From Paragordius varius (taxonomy: Eukaryota; Animalia; Nematomorpha): a DNA stretch of 64,000 nucleotides. A program made the translations under genes and the position numbers. Below, piece by piece: positions 1-12,199 of the stretch (its first letter is position 1; each line of letters begins with the position of its first letter). The stretch lies in contig OZ176051.1 in NCBI GenBank assembly GCA_964247055.1, forward strand, positions 10,230,001 through 10,294,000, read 5' to 3'. The notes beneath the pieces are model-generated. The model ran no database searches. It was not told where the DNA came from and saw only the letters and a program-made list of their open reading frames with translations.

Positions 1-974
1 CATTATCACACATAACTAATACAGCATCCAAAAGTAGTCAATACGCTGATCATGATGTTTTATGGTTAGGTATCTCAAATCGTGGCATACACTTTTACGA
101 GGTAAAGAGTTTAAATTATTTTGGAAAAATTTTTTTTCTAATATAAAATAGATTATTTAATCATATTATTCATTTTTTAACGCAAATTATGTTATGATGA
201 ATTTTTTTTGTTATAGGATAATGGTCAACTTCCGCGTCTGCCTTTATCCATATTCAAATGGGAGGACATTGAAAAATTGTCTTTTGAAGTAAGAGACTTT
301 ATATTATTATTATTATATTGAAAAAACGCTGCTAAAATGGTAAATTTCAAAATAATTGGATATATTGGGTTTTAGAAGGTTAGAATTATTATTCAGATCT
401 ATAATATAATATACCATTTAAACTTCGAATTCACCCTTGAGCAATTTATATTCACCCTAAAATAATTGTGTTTGATTAAAAAGTGTCTGTCTTTTTTTAT
501 ATTTTACAAACAAAAATTTTGTTTAAAATTAAAATAATACTGAAAAAAGCCATAAAGATATATTACATATTAATAATGAGTTATATAAACCCGAAAACAC
601 GTAATTTATTTTATTTTTCTCCTTTTTTTTCATAGAAAGATAAATTTGAAATAAAACGTGTGAATGATTACAATAAATTCAGTTATTATGCTGGGACGGC
701 TGAGCGTGCATCTTATCTCCTTAACCTTTGTAAATCAACTCACATGTTTCAACTTAAACATAGAAATATATCTCTACAACAAACTCCATTGCTGCAAAAT
801 TTATATTATTCAAATAATAATAATTTAACTGAGAAAAAATATGAAAACAAAATTATAAATAAAAATGTTAATAATAGTAGTCATCAAAAAAATCATGTAA
901 TTAATAACAAAAATGATAATATCTTTAAACAAAATGAACAAGTAAAGGCCACTACATCAACCAATCAACCTTGA
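1..974 (+). CDS. FERM-domain protein, 3' portion (FERM C-lobe; Expanded/FRMD6- or PTPN13/FRMPD2-like). Exons <1-101, 217-288, 636-974; 5' part lies outside the window
   Basis: Phase-0 GT-AG splicing gives ...VLWLGISNRGIHFYE|DNGQLPRLPLSIFKWEDIEKLSFE|KDKFEIKRVNDYNKFSYYAGTAERASYLLNLCKSTHMFQL. This matches the FERM F3 pattern LWLGI..GI, F.W..I.KLSF...KF.I, YLL.LC...H.F. An Asn-rich tail follows to TGA 972-974. Confidence 0.85.
410..610 (+). mobile_element. Partial copy of a TATACCATTT-ended MITE with AATTCACCCT subrepeats
   Basis: TATACCATTTAAACTTCGAATTCACCCTTGAGCAATTTATATTCACCCTAAAATAATTGTG matches the left arms of the copies at 52084 and 58275. The right arm is not recognisable. Confidence 0.55.
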
Positions 975-2698
975 CGATAAAAACATTATGTAATTCATAT
1001 ATATATCCATTTTTGAATATATTTTTAGCTTACAAAAAAATCGTTCGATTTTTTAATTAATCCAAATAAGATTTGAATCTGAAATATTGATATTTCATAA
1101 TTTAGATTAGATTATCAACTTCTAAAGATGGGATGTTAGAAAAAATCCATGCTTTCAAAATGTTGATAAAAGTTAATGATTATTTCCAATCCCACACACC
1201 TAAAATTTTTCTTCAAAAACATGCTTTTTGTTTATAAATTAAAAATTTATGATGCAAAGCGATTGAATCAATATGAGATGAAGAATGCGTTACGTTAATA
1301 TGTTGGTTTTACACAGAATTTAATATTTAATTATATGTATTAACTTTGTACTATTTATTTCACCACCAATATATATTAGAAAATTGTTTTTTAATTTTTT
1401 GCTCAATCTTGAAAAACTAAAATTTATTTATTTTATTGCGCATTTTGAAACACAATTTTTATATTTTTATGTAAAAATATTGTATAATCTCACAAAACAC
1501 CAATTTTTAAGCATCGCCCTATTACACATTCCATTTTGAGATTTTTAACGACCATATTTATTCTTAAATTAAATTAAACTGTATATGTTATGTTTTATCG
1601 ACATATATTTTGTATAAATTCCAAAATATAATAAATTAAATATATATATATATATACTGCCAAATTTAGAGCATAAAGTGTGGTGGAAGAACTCGCTCGC
1701 AAGCTTGCAAAAATAGGGATCATGATCCATATTAGAAAAATAAAAAATAAAAAAAATGGATAAACTTTGCACCATAGTTAGTATTGAACTACATAAATCA
1801 TTTAAATTTTTTGCTTATAAAATGAATAAACTAAATTAAATAAGATATTTATATTAAAATTAAAAAAATTTTAAAATCAAATTTTTAAAATAATTAAAGC
1901 ATCAATTTTGTCTTAAACGTTTAGTTTATTTTAAACACGATCACATGTAATTAACCCCTTGATGGAAAAATATATATATTTTTTTAATTTTGTAATAATT
2001 ATACTTCAATATTTAAAAATCTTTATAATATAAAATGAATCATGTTTTAATTAATTAAAAACATATGTTGTTCCTCAAGTTTTGAACGGGTTGATCACAT
2101 GCTTTTAATACAATAGTTAAAGAATTAGAATGAAAAGACTAGATGTTTTTAAACCAAACTGTTTCGTTTAATTTTCTACATAATACCCATTTACAAGTTA
2201 CAAATTTATGAAATACAGTGAATTTTATAAATTGATTTTTGCATTTCGCTTTACTCTATAAATGTCGAAGCTTTTTGAATCATGGGTTTTAAATTATGTG
2301 TTTTACTGTTATCTAATGATTTGCAAAGTTTTACCTATTAAGATTCATATCAGATTCTGAAAGTGGGCGAGTTTCTCTATCCAAAATCATAAAATTATAA
2401 TATCCACCTATTCACCTTAATTGGCACATTGGGTATATTTGATAAATTTTACTAAATAATGGTATATAATCCTAAAAAACTCGGGTAGTTAATCATTAAT
2501 ATAATTTATTTATTTATTAATACGTACAAAACTATATATAAATATTCTAAGGGCAAAATATTATTATTTGCACCAATCTACTAGAGATTCGTCAACTATG
2601 ATAAGTAAATACATGTGTATTTGCACCTCTGATTCACCATAATTCTGCGTTTTAAGGTTGATCAATATCACATTATAATTGGGGTAATTGTTATCATT

Positions 2699-5431
2699 TT
2701 AAAGCAGAAGAAAATGTGTTTGATAAAATTTTAAAAGTGAATTCCATTGCACAGCCAAGACTCCCAAATCATTCGAATAAAAAGTACTAAACATGATTTT
2801 ATTTAAGCTCGGTTGTGGCGTAATTATTTGTTTAGATGGGATGGATGTTGTATGCGTCCCATTCATAGTAGTATTTGAATTGGCATTAGAAATTATAATA
2901 GCTTGATTGTTTTCAAAACCAACATAATGAGGCACAGATTTTTTTTGATTAGGAGTTGCCGTAGTCCATGCATAATTTGAACGAAAGCTGTCAAACGAAA
3001 AGCGAGAATTCAATCTCCGCAACACTACACCAGAATAATTAGCAATGGTTCCAGTCACATGTGCATCATCGATCCAAAAATAGGGAAGACGCGGAGCCTT
3101 TAAAAAAATTTTAGTAGCAGCCGACCCTGTAATTAACAAAGCCCAACCAGAACAATATGGTGTGTAAAAATCAGCTTGGTACTCGTCCTTAGAAACGTAC
3201 CATTTAGATCCCACGTCTCGTAGGACAGGCATCCCTACCCAAACATTGCATAAAATTACTTGTTCCATGTAATCTTGTGGTATGGTGTCCTTGCCTGTTT
3301 GATGGTAACCGTTATGTATGTCGGGTGAAGGAGAAGGTAATTCATATAAATGGTTTTTAGCCGCTTTCCGCCCATAATATGAAGTAATGGTTTTATTAAT
3401 AAGTTTGCACGTATCACAGGTTGTTTTGTTAGTTCCCATTTCTACACTAGTATTATTTTTTGATGCCATTGGGGGCTTTTCTACAGGATATTTGTCAGAA
3501 AGGCACCCATAAAATGTTCTGTTACGTGTAAAATGTTGGGCGGCAACGTATAGAAACGGCTGAATACTATCATCAACCCATTCTCCATCCTCTGGTGTAA
3601 AGCCTCTTATAATCCCATCCTTAGTGTTTTGGATGTTCATATTGTTGGCCGTATAGATTTTAGCTTGTTCTATCACATCACGCATATTTTTTGGAGTTAT
3701 GCGAGTAAACTCTTCGCATGTTTGTTGATTTTTAACGAGATTGGTATAAAGTTGTGACATAGCCTTGTACTTGTTTAGTATGGTAAACACTGTAAAAATT
3801 TCAACAAATATATCATCATCCATTTTCAGGACATAGTCTGCATGAGGGCACTGTTCTGTTATCCACTTGAAACCCATAATCATTTTATAGGTTAAGTTTT
3901 TGTAGGAATCAATAAAATCACCCTGGACTATATCCCCATACTGGAGAGATTCGGTTTCTAACAATCTTTGATTCATTTTATTGATGGATTCATCATTTTG
4001 ATAAACCTTGTAGTTAAATGTAGCCGGTACTCGAGTAGTTGAAACATTTGCAAATATTGAAACGGAAGTGTTTGTTGTATTATTGCCCCTGCCATAGTAA
4101 TTTAAATTAATGCGTTGGCCTCTACGAATGGCCTGAAACAAAGGTGAATACGGTTCTGTCGTAGATCGGTAAGACTTAACATCTGGGACGTACTCTTCAC
4201 CCTCTATGAGCATGCGAGCTGTTAGAAAAACTAGCCTTACATTCATATCCATGAAAGTCATATTCCCAATTAAGATTGCAAATAAGGAGCGCAACGTGTG
4301 ACTTTTGGCAATATTTTCATTTTCTAGACTTAATGACTCCAGGCTCGGATAATTAAAGGAAGGCACTGTCTTTTGATGTCCTAAATACTTAACGGAACCC
4401 CATGTTTGACGAATCATTTTGCGTTGCAAAAAGTTTTTAGGTGCCGAATGGATTAAAACCACAAGATTAAGACGTTTGTTATCATTATAATTATTATTGG
4501 CATTCGTGTTATCTGCTGCTGTAATATCTTCAGTTAAATCCTTTTTGAGCCTTTTGTCAACCGAATTTGTTAGCGTCTGAGGTATGGCGGCTTTTTTTCT
4601 TAAAATTATTTCGGTATTATTCTGTTTGTGCCGAAAATATTTGTTCCTCAATGATAATAATTTAATATCCTTATCACATTCGGGGTATCGAACATTAATT
4701 AGGTAGCGAAAAGTGGGAAGATTAATAACGGGGTAATCGAGACTTATGGATTGAAGTAACTTTGGCCCAAATTTAGCATGATCAGAACTATTGTTGCGTG
4801 AATATATATAATTGAGTAGTTGATAATTCTTTTTTATTGCACTGATGTTGACCGGTTGACCATATACAAAACAAATGTTATCAATGTTTTCAGGATCCAT
4901 AAATGACTCTTGATTCCTATATTTATTGCAATCTATATCCTCTTCCGCCTTATTTTTGTGGATAGAATAGGGCGAAGCCGGAAATAAACGTAAGAACGGC
5001 GGTAAAATTTGTTCCATAAGGGATTGTTGTTGTTTTTCCTTGATGCCAGTAAAATTTGCATTGTTCGTTTTCTCAAATATTTTTGATAAAGAATTGGTTT
5101 CATTATGACTTATACTATTATCTATTTTGCCGTGATTTTTTTGGGTGTCACCCAGTTCAAATACGTTCTTTATCTGATACCAAATATATCGGTTATAAAT
5201 GGCCGAAGGACTATAGTCCCCTTGAGTAAGGCCCGAAAGCGTAGATACTGAACTAATGGCATTTACTGTCTTATCTATATTGTGCGGGGCTAGGGACCAG
5301 TTTGAATCATACACAAGGTAAATGATGGTTATGGACATGAGGAAACATGTCAAAATCAGTTTGTTCCGTTTTTCTGCAAAAACAATTTGCAGAATGTATA
5401 TGGGTGTACCGGAATTCCAAAATTTTTTCAT
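2699..5431 (-). CDS. GT31 family beta-1,3-galactosyltransferase-like type II membrane protein, 910 aa, single coding exon (paralog 1)
   Basis: N-terminal TM anchor (LILTCFLMSITIIYLVY) and GT31 motifs LVVLIHSAPKNFLQRKMIRQTWG, VRLVFL, ESLQYGDIVQGDFIDSYKNLTYK, CPHADYVLKMDDDIFV (DXD), PVLRDVGSKWYVS..EY...YTPYCSGWALL, PYFWIDDAHVTG. Confidence 0.93.
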   Translation of the reverse strand: MKKFWNSGTPIYILQIVFAEKRNKLILTCFLMSITIIYLVYDSNWSLAPHNIDKTVNAISSVSTLSGLTQGDYSPSAIYNRYIWYQIKNVFELGDTQKNHGKIDNSISHNETNSLSKIFEKTNNANFTGIKEKQQQSLMEQILPPFLRLFPASPYSIHKNKAEEDIDCNKYRNQESFMDPENIDNICFVYGQPVNISAIKKNYQLLNYIYSRNNSSDHAKFGPKLLQSISLDYPVINLPTFRYLINVRYPECDKDIKLLSLRNKYFRHKQNNTEIILRKKAAIPQTLTNSVDKRLKKDLTEDITAADNTNANNNYNDNKRLNLVVLIHSAPKNFLQRKMIRQTWGSVKYLGHQKTVPSFNYPSLESLSLENENIAKSHTLRSLFAILIGNMTFMDMNVRLVFLTARMLIEGEEYVPDVKSYRSTTEPYSPLFQAIRRGQRINLNYYGRGNNTTNTSVSIFANVSTTRVPATFNYKVYQNDESINKMNQRLLETESLQYGDIVQGDFIDSYKNLTYKMIMGFKWITEQCPHADYVLKMDDDIFVEIFTVFTILNKYKAMSQLYTNLVKNQQTCEEFTRITPKNMRDVIEQAKIYTANNMNIQNTKDGIIRGFTPEDGEWVDDSIQPFLYVAAQHFTRNRTFYGCLSDKYPVEKPPMASKNNTSVEMGTNKTTCDTCKLINKTITSYYGRKAAKNHLYELPSPSPDIHNGYHQTGKDTIPQDYMEQVILCNVWVGMPVLRDVGSKWYVSKDEYQADFYTPYCSGWALLITGSAATKIFLKAPRLPYFWIDDAHVTGTIANYSGVVLRRLNSRFSFDSFRSNYAWTTATPNQKKSVPHYVGFENNQAIIISNANSNTTMNGTHTTSIPSKQIITPQPSLNKIMFSTFYSNDLGVLAVQWNSLLKFYQTHFLLL

Positions 5432-7855
5432 TGCTTTTTATGATAATTTAAATTGTTTTCCCCAGAATCAAATATTATACTTGGCTGGCATCTTTTTCTT
5501 CATCTAAAAAGAAGCAACATATTATGAAAGAAATCAGATATTAGTATACGACGACAAAAATATGCAATGTCATATCTAAAAAATTTATGTTGATTAAAAA
5601 ATCTTGACCATTTAGCCATAGTATTTAAGCTTGCAGTTGAGCAAAATATATACCTTTATCATTGAAATAGTATAAACAAAAATAATTATGTTTGTGACTA
5701 TTACCGTTTTTTTGCATTTTTAAATTGTAAATTATTTAGTATCGAAATGGCCTTCAAACTTTTGGCAGTTAATTTTATCCATTTAGCTTATGTTGTGTCG
5801 CATACTTGTAGTAATGATTATTATCATATTTTACAATCAATTATTTTATAACACCAAGTTTTTTATCAATAAAGTTTGATAACAAGAAGATAATGTGCGA
5901 TTTAGTAGATATTAAGAAGTATATCTTCAAATTCAAAATATTGTATAAAACGTAAAATACTTTATACGCAAAACTGAATAAAAATTGGCCTTTTTTCCAG
6001 GTCCACAAAATATATATTGTTGGTCAATAGATGTCTTGCTTTTTTGGTTAAAAGACGATAAATTATTTATACATTTATAGTGGTTTTTACTAGATTTAAG
6101 TCTATGCCATTTTGTATGCGAGAGTTCCTTTATAATGGCGGTAATATCGATTTTTGTGTATGTTATCTCAATGTCCAACAATTGATAATAAAATTAAGTA
6201 TTTGGATTGTATATATGTACTATTTCTCTCTCCCTCATAAATATATATATTCCAAAAAACGAGGAAAAAGCAATTATATAATTGGAATCCTAGGAATAGA
6301 ACTAAGGAAATAGTTCAATATAACAAGTAGTACACTCTCGGAATATTGATTTGGTTTCTTTCACAAATGATAGGGTTTAATATGAATATTGAAATATTTT
6401 CAATATTGATATTCGATTTATTGATTGATTGATTTCATATTAGGTGAATATTATGCCCATGTTTTCCGCTATAATTGATTTATTTTTAATATAACCATCA
6501 AAATATTCGCTAAATATATCTTTTTATAAAGGATAAATAAATTATTTTTTTTCGAATTTAGGATTATTTTAAACGGAAGTTTCCAATATAAATTTGAAGG
6601 AAAAATTCATTTATAGGCAAAAAGAGAAAAGCTAGGAGATAAAGGAATCAGTTACATTACCTATAGCTAGGCAAGCAGGTATTATAATGTATAATAAAAA
6701 AAATAATTGTAATATCTTTTTATATATAATAATAACTAATACTCCTTTATATTCGATTCTTTATATGTAATTACATCACAATTAGTCGGAAAAACCCGGA
6801 AAAATATATTAAAATCTTTATATTTTAACATGGATTTCGATTAAAAAAAAGTTGAAAGAGAGAATATATATAATATACTTTTGAATCAAATCGAATTATA
6901 AATGGCATTTTAATATAATTTTGAAAAAAAATAGTTTTATAAGTGGATAACTGGTGGTAAAGTAAACAATTAGTACCAAAATATCAAGAAAAATAAAGAG
7001 AATATAGACAGTTTTAAACCATAAGCACAGTTTAAGCTGTCCGTAGTTGTTAATGGAATTTAAAAATAAGAATACAAAAAAAAATTTGTTGAAAAGTTAA
7101 AATAATTATATTTGCACATCAAATTTAAATGATATTTTTATATATAAGAAGAAGATATAAAAAACATGTGTTAAATGCACAAAGGACAAAAATTAGCCAT
7201 ATATATTCTAATATTTATTGAAACAACCAATGTCTAACCACAATATATAAAAATAAAAAAAATTAAATTTAAAGAACGTACATTCCAAAAAAGTATCAAT
7301 TAAATTTCAAAATGTATAAATATCCGTTCTTATTTTAAATATTTTAAATTACTTTTTTTATTCATTTAAATTAAATTCTATATGTATTATATGATTATTC
7401 CCTATTAATCATTTTATTAGTTATAACTGCTCCATTCTTTAATTATACGCCCATATTGATGCAACTTTAAATTTTTAATGTTAAAGGCAGAAATGTGATA
7501 TAAATAAAGTTTTAATTAAAAATAAAATATATATTTTAAGGAGGATGTTATATATCATTTTCATTTTTATAATTTTATATATGTGGTAACTTTGATTATT
7601 CTGTATTAATAGAACATGGATTAAAATACCATAAAAATTCAAAAACAAAAGATATAGTTTTTTTTGAGTTAATTGTGTTTTAATTTTACAATTATGTTAG
7701 AGATGTTTAAAATCAGAGATACTAATCTCCATAACATTTTAACAATACGCATAAAAATTGGTTAAATTTAAAATATAATTTGTTTTGATTGTTATTAAGA
7801 TCCTTAAATATTAAACTAATATGTTTAATATGTGATGAAAAGTGTTTTTTGTACA

Positions 7856-8049
7856 CAGTATGTGTAAGTATACATTGGTAGAAAGTTATTAATTATTGCC
7901 AAATAATAAATCCAACAAAGGGCAGCATTATTGGCTATAATAGTAAAAAGTGAATAAAAGTAACTATAAGCCAATAATACTCCCCTTTGTTTTATTTACG
8001 ATTTGGCAATAATTAATAACTTTCTAGCAATGGATACTTACTCATACTG
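7856..8049. mobile_element. Palindromic ~195-bp MITE with CAGTATG termini (Tc1/mariner-type)
   Basis: Left arm CAGTATGTGTAAGTATACATTGGTAGAAAGTTATTAATTATTGCCAAAT is the near reverse complement of right arm ATTTGGCAATAATTAATAACTTTCTAGCAATGGATACTTACTCATACTG. TA follows at 8050-8051. Confidence 0.75.
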
Positions 8050-8759
8050 TAATTATTTTAGGATTTAATATATGGTAGGGAGCAAAAAGGAAAAATATTT
8101 TTCGAATTACCATAAGGGTTCCTGGACGGTTGGAACCGGAACCGGTTCGCATTCAAAACGGATTTCCTTTCGGTTCCTGACTTTTCATTAAATAATTTTC
8201 ATACAACATTTGTATTTATAACACTAGTCGACAAATTTGGACATTTTTGAGCACCACCATTTCAGTGTTTTAAAACCGAATGTGAAAAAATTTTTGATCC
8301 CGCCAATCAGAATTTTGAAATATTATAGGTTTTTCAATTTTTCAAAAACGAAAATCGAGAGACGAGAGAAAATTAAATATTACTTTATAATAAAATGTTA
8401 TTATATTATAAACTTAATATCATTTAATAAAGCGTTTTAAACTCTATCTTTAGAATATAAATATGTCATTTAAATATCAGAGAGAAAAAAATAGTATGGA
8501 CTTAAACGTCAAAATTTAGTCTTTTTCTTTCAAGTGAATTTTTAATACGTATAAAATAATTTTTAAAAAAATACTAAAAAAGGCATTCTATGGTTTAAAC
8601 CTTCGGCTTTCAGATAGGCTATATTTTTTTTTGTTAGTTTTCGTTCTTTCGAGTACTTATTAGGCTTTTTTTCTTGAGTTGGTTCTTACAAAAAATATTT
8701 ATACCTAGTGGATATACTTTATTTTTTAAAATTATTGGTTGTTTTGTATTTTTAATTAC

Positions 8760-9515
8760 AGATGGATGTTGTGTAGCCACTTTTAGTAGAATTTACTATT
8801 ATTGGATTGGACCATTTGTATTTACCTAATCTTTATATTCAATTTAATTGTAGAATTTATCTAACTTTATTCTGTGAATTGGTTAATTTGACATGTCAAT
8901 TTGCCTGGATTTTGTTTGCAAGTCTCTCTTATCGGGCTTTACGATTACTTATTGTTATTTTTGCCATATCTGGCATAATTGGATCGCTTGGGGGATATGC
9001 AGAGCTTGTGCAGCCGCCTGGATCTATCACACTATACATAAGCCCCTTTTAGATTTTTAATACTTTGGCTCTTAGCTTGTTTAGTATCTTATTAAATGCC
9101 TATAATTTTGTTATTCATGCATGGAATATTACTTGTAGCGACTTGTTCGTTTGAATATTTAAACATATGTACACGAGGAATGATTGTTATTTTTAAATTA
9201 AATACAAATTTAAAAATTAAATATCGGAAAAATCCTATTGGTGGCCTCAATTTTCTTTTTTGTTTTGGCCTTTCCATGCCATTAGGTATCAGAAAATGCA
9301 AAAATAATGGGGTGGTGCAAAACCTTGTTGAGCAGTGTAATATAAACCAAAATATCACAACAATCATAAACCAAAACATAATTTATTATAGCCAAATATA
9401 TAAGTATATAAAGACAGGTAATGAGTGTATTAATTATCGCATATATGGAGGAAATCATTATCAAATTTGGAAAAACCAAGCAATTTTGTCACACTACTGT
9501 GATCAGGAAATATAA
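8760..9515 (+). pseudogene. Possible decayed multi-pass membrane protein gene (weak rhodopsin-type GPCR resemblance)
   Basis: Hydrophobic segments are split over frames by stops and shifts: LLIVIFAISGIIGSL (TM1-like), ILLVATCSFEYLNIC (TM3/ERY-like), KILLVASIFFFVLAFP (TM4-like, different frame). No intact reading frame or splice model was found. Confidence 0.25.
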
Positions 9516-11564
9516 AATATAGCGTGGAAAATTTTTATGTTGTGAGCCGTAATATGTACAGCTAATGAATGTTACCTTACATGATAAATTTTATTATTTT
9601 TGCAAAAACTGTGGCCAAAAAATCAGGGCCTTATGCGGCTAATGGGCCGTGGTTTGAATAGAATTGACATATAGAGTGTGGCCTATATTCCGTTAGGGAT
9701 TATTGATTATGGACGCTATAGTTTTTGGTTTTTTACTAGATTCATTTATTAATAAGGTAAATGTTCTTAATCTATAGCTTACAAAAATATGTTATTAGTT
9801 ATGGTGGTTCAAGTGTGAAGGTAACGCATTCAAAATAAATCTACATATATAAAACATTATTTTTGGAAGCTAAATGCTTTGTTTCAATATCACTATTATA
9901 TCATAAACTATATTAAAAAGGCAAAACAATATTAATATTAAAAAAAGACGTAGGCTTCGAAAATTACAAATTTTTGTGTCCCTTCAAAGTGGGCTAGTTA
10001 TTGCGCGAAAACGATTTTTAATAGATGCAAGATTATGAATAAAAAGATAATTATTTAAAAAAACACAAGTTTTTTTCAAAATTTAAATTTAAGCAAATTT
10101 TGTTGATGATCATTTAATTTAAAGCACGATGGAAACGGAGTAAAATTAGATAGTATGAAAACACTACTTCCATATCATATGTGATGCTAAACATATTTAT
10201 TACTTCAGATTTTCGGATTAGTTTTCTTTCAAGAATAATTATAAATTTTTTTACGAAAATGACTGCAATTATAAAGCAAAGAAACCTTTAAATTAAACTT
10301 CAGATCAAAATATTTTTATAATATATTGTTTTTATAATACATTGTGTGGCAAAAATTGGGATCATCATATATCATAGCTAATTCATGATAATGATTATAA
10401 TAATGTATGCGGTTAAAATACTAGAAAAAAGTTATTTAAATTGTTCTGATATTAGCAATAAATAAAGGGTGGAGTGAATAAAAAAAGGAAACCCTTAAAA
10501 TGTTTCACATGCTCACTTCAAAGATAGGGCTTTCTTATAGTTTAATGAAAAAACATCTGATTTACCCTTGAGTTGCCTAAAACATAAAACCTCCCTAAAA
10601 CTGATATAACTATATCTATGGAAAATTTATAGCACTCCTAGTAAAGTAACTTATTAATTAATATATTTTAGATATCCCATAGTTTTAAATAAATCTATAA
10701 TTTATAGTATTGCAAAAAAATGGAAACATATAATATTTATGAAATTGATCACATTAAGAAAACCATTGATAACAGATATAAATTTTTTATCACGCAATCC
10801 TGCCCTTTTCGCTTTTATTTTAAGAGAATCTACCCATTTTCGGTTTCGAAAAATTTGGACTTTCGGAACCCATATATAAATATAAATTTTATAATATTTT
10901 TTGGCACGCATTTAGCACCAAAATAATTATTTAACAAAATGTGCGCAAATTTTACCATTTTCTGATATAAGGCCGAACCCAAAAGCACCATAATTTATTT
11001 ATCAGAATATAGATATTACATTTATACCGTTTGTCTTGTCGGGATGATGTATTGATTATTCCGAATATCACCGTACAAACGACTGTTAATCTTTTATAAA
11101 CTCATGAGCGTGAAATTGTTATTTTCTCTATTTTAAATTTAAGTTATCAAAAAACTCGACGAAGCTAATACGATATTTTATACAATAACTGTCTCTGGTT
11201 GTGTATACAAAGTACTAACATTAGCAATATTTTTATGGTAATAAAGTCACAAAAGATTAGATTTTGAAAATTGTGTTTTTAAATTTAATCATTTATAAAC
11301 AATTAATGTAAAAATCTAAATATATAATGATATAATTTAATGGATCACATACAATTACCATAAAATTTTAAATTGTTATTTGCATGGACAAATAAACCAT
11401 TTTTCAGCTGTCCTGTCTATAGCCGTGCAGTGAATCAAACGCACTAACCACCGGTTACATACTGAAAACCACCCCGAACCCAAAAGACCCAAAATCTCAA
11501 ATCACGATCAGGAGGCTTGCCGTTGGTGCGCCATCGGCCTGGATTTTAAAAGTATACCTATAAC

Positions 11565-11680
11565 CAGTGGTGTACCGAGCATTTGCGGCACCCGGGGCAT
11601 TAAACTCTTATGGCGTCCCCCCTCCCCTCCTCTTTTTGTAAGCCAATAAAGCAATTTAGTAAAAAAAATACAAACGTTGC
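11565..11680 (-). mobile_element. Isolated terminal fragment of the hAT family seen intact at 18859-19920
   Basis: CAGTGGTGTACCGAGCATTTGCGGCACCCGGGGCATTAAACTCTTATGGCGTCCCCC is the reverse complement, with few mismatches, of 19860-19920. The other end was not found. Confidence 0.75.
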
Positions 11681-12199
11681 AACCTAAACACCATAGATAA
11701 GACAGCACAGTAATATAAATTTTAAATTTATTAAATAATACATTATATATTTTAACAACTGTTGTTACGCGCGCGCGTTCGACCACTTCACAAACGAAAA
11801 ATTCTAAATTCTTATTACTTATAACAACTATTATAATTATCATTGTTATCTATTTATTTTCCAAGTTTATTCTATCTTTTATCAGTTTTTCTCATTCATT
11901 CAAAAAATGCACCAAATTACCTTAGTAAAATATTCCAATTCGAAATTCTTAGGATTCGTATCTTATTTTATTTCATTTTTATTAATTGATATATATTTAT
12001 ATGTTTTTTTTCCTTAATTAATATTATTATTATATTTTTGGTTAAAATTTTTGATTCTTTTTTAGATTATTATTATTATTATATTTTTGGTTAAAATTTT
12101 TGATTCTTTTTTTAGTTACTTTACATATTAGTTACTATATATCTTAGTGTTTATTTTCATCTATATTATTCTTCTTTATTGTATTTTTGTTTTTTATGA

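Noticed and set aside
5322-5507. Plus-strand ORF MMVMDMRKHVK with a counterpart at 26032-26406
   Set aside because: It is the antisense shadow of the duplicated GT31 N-terminus; the similarity comes from the gene duplication.
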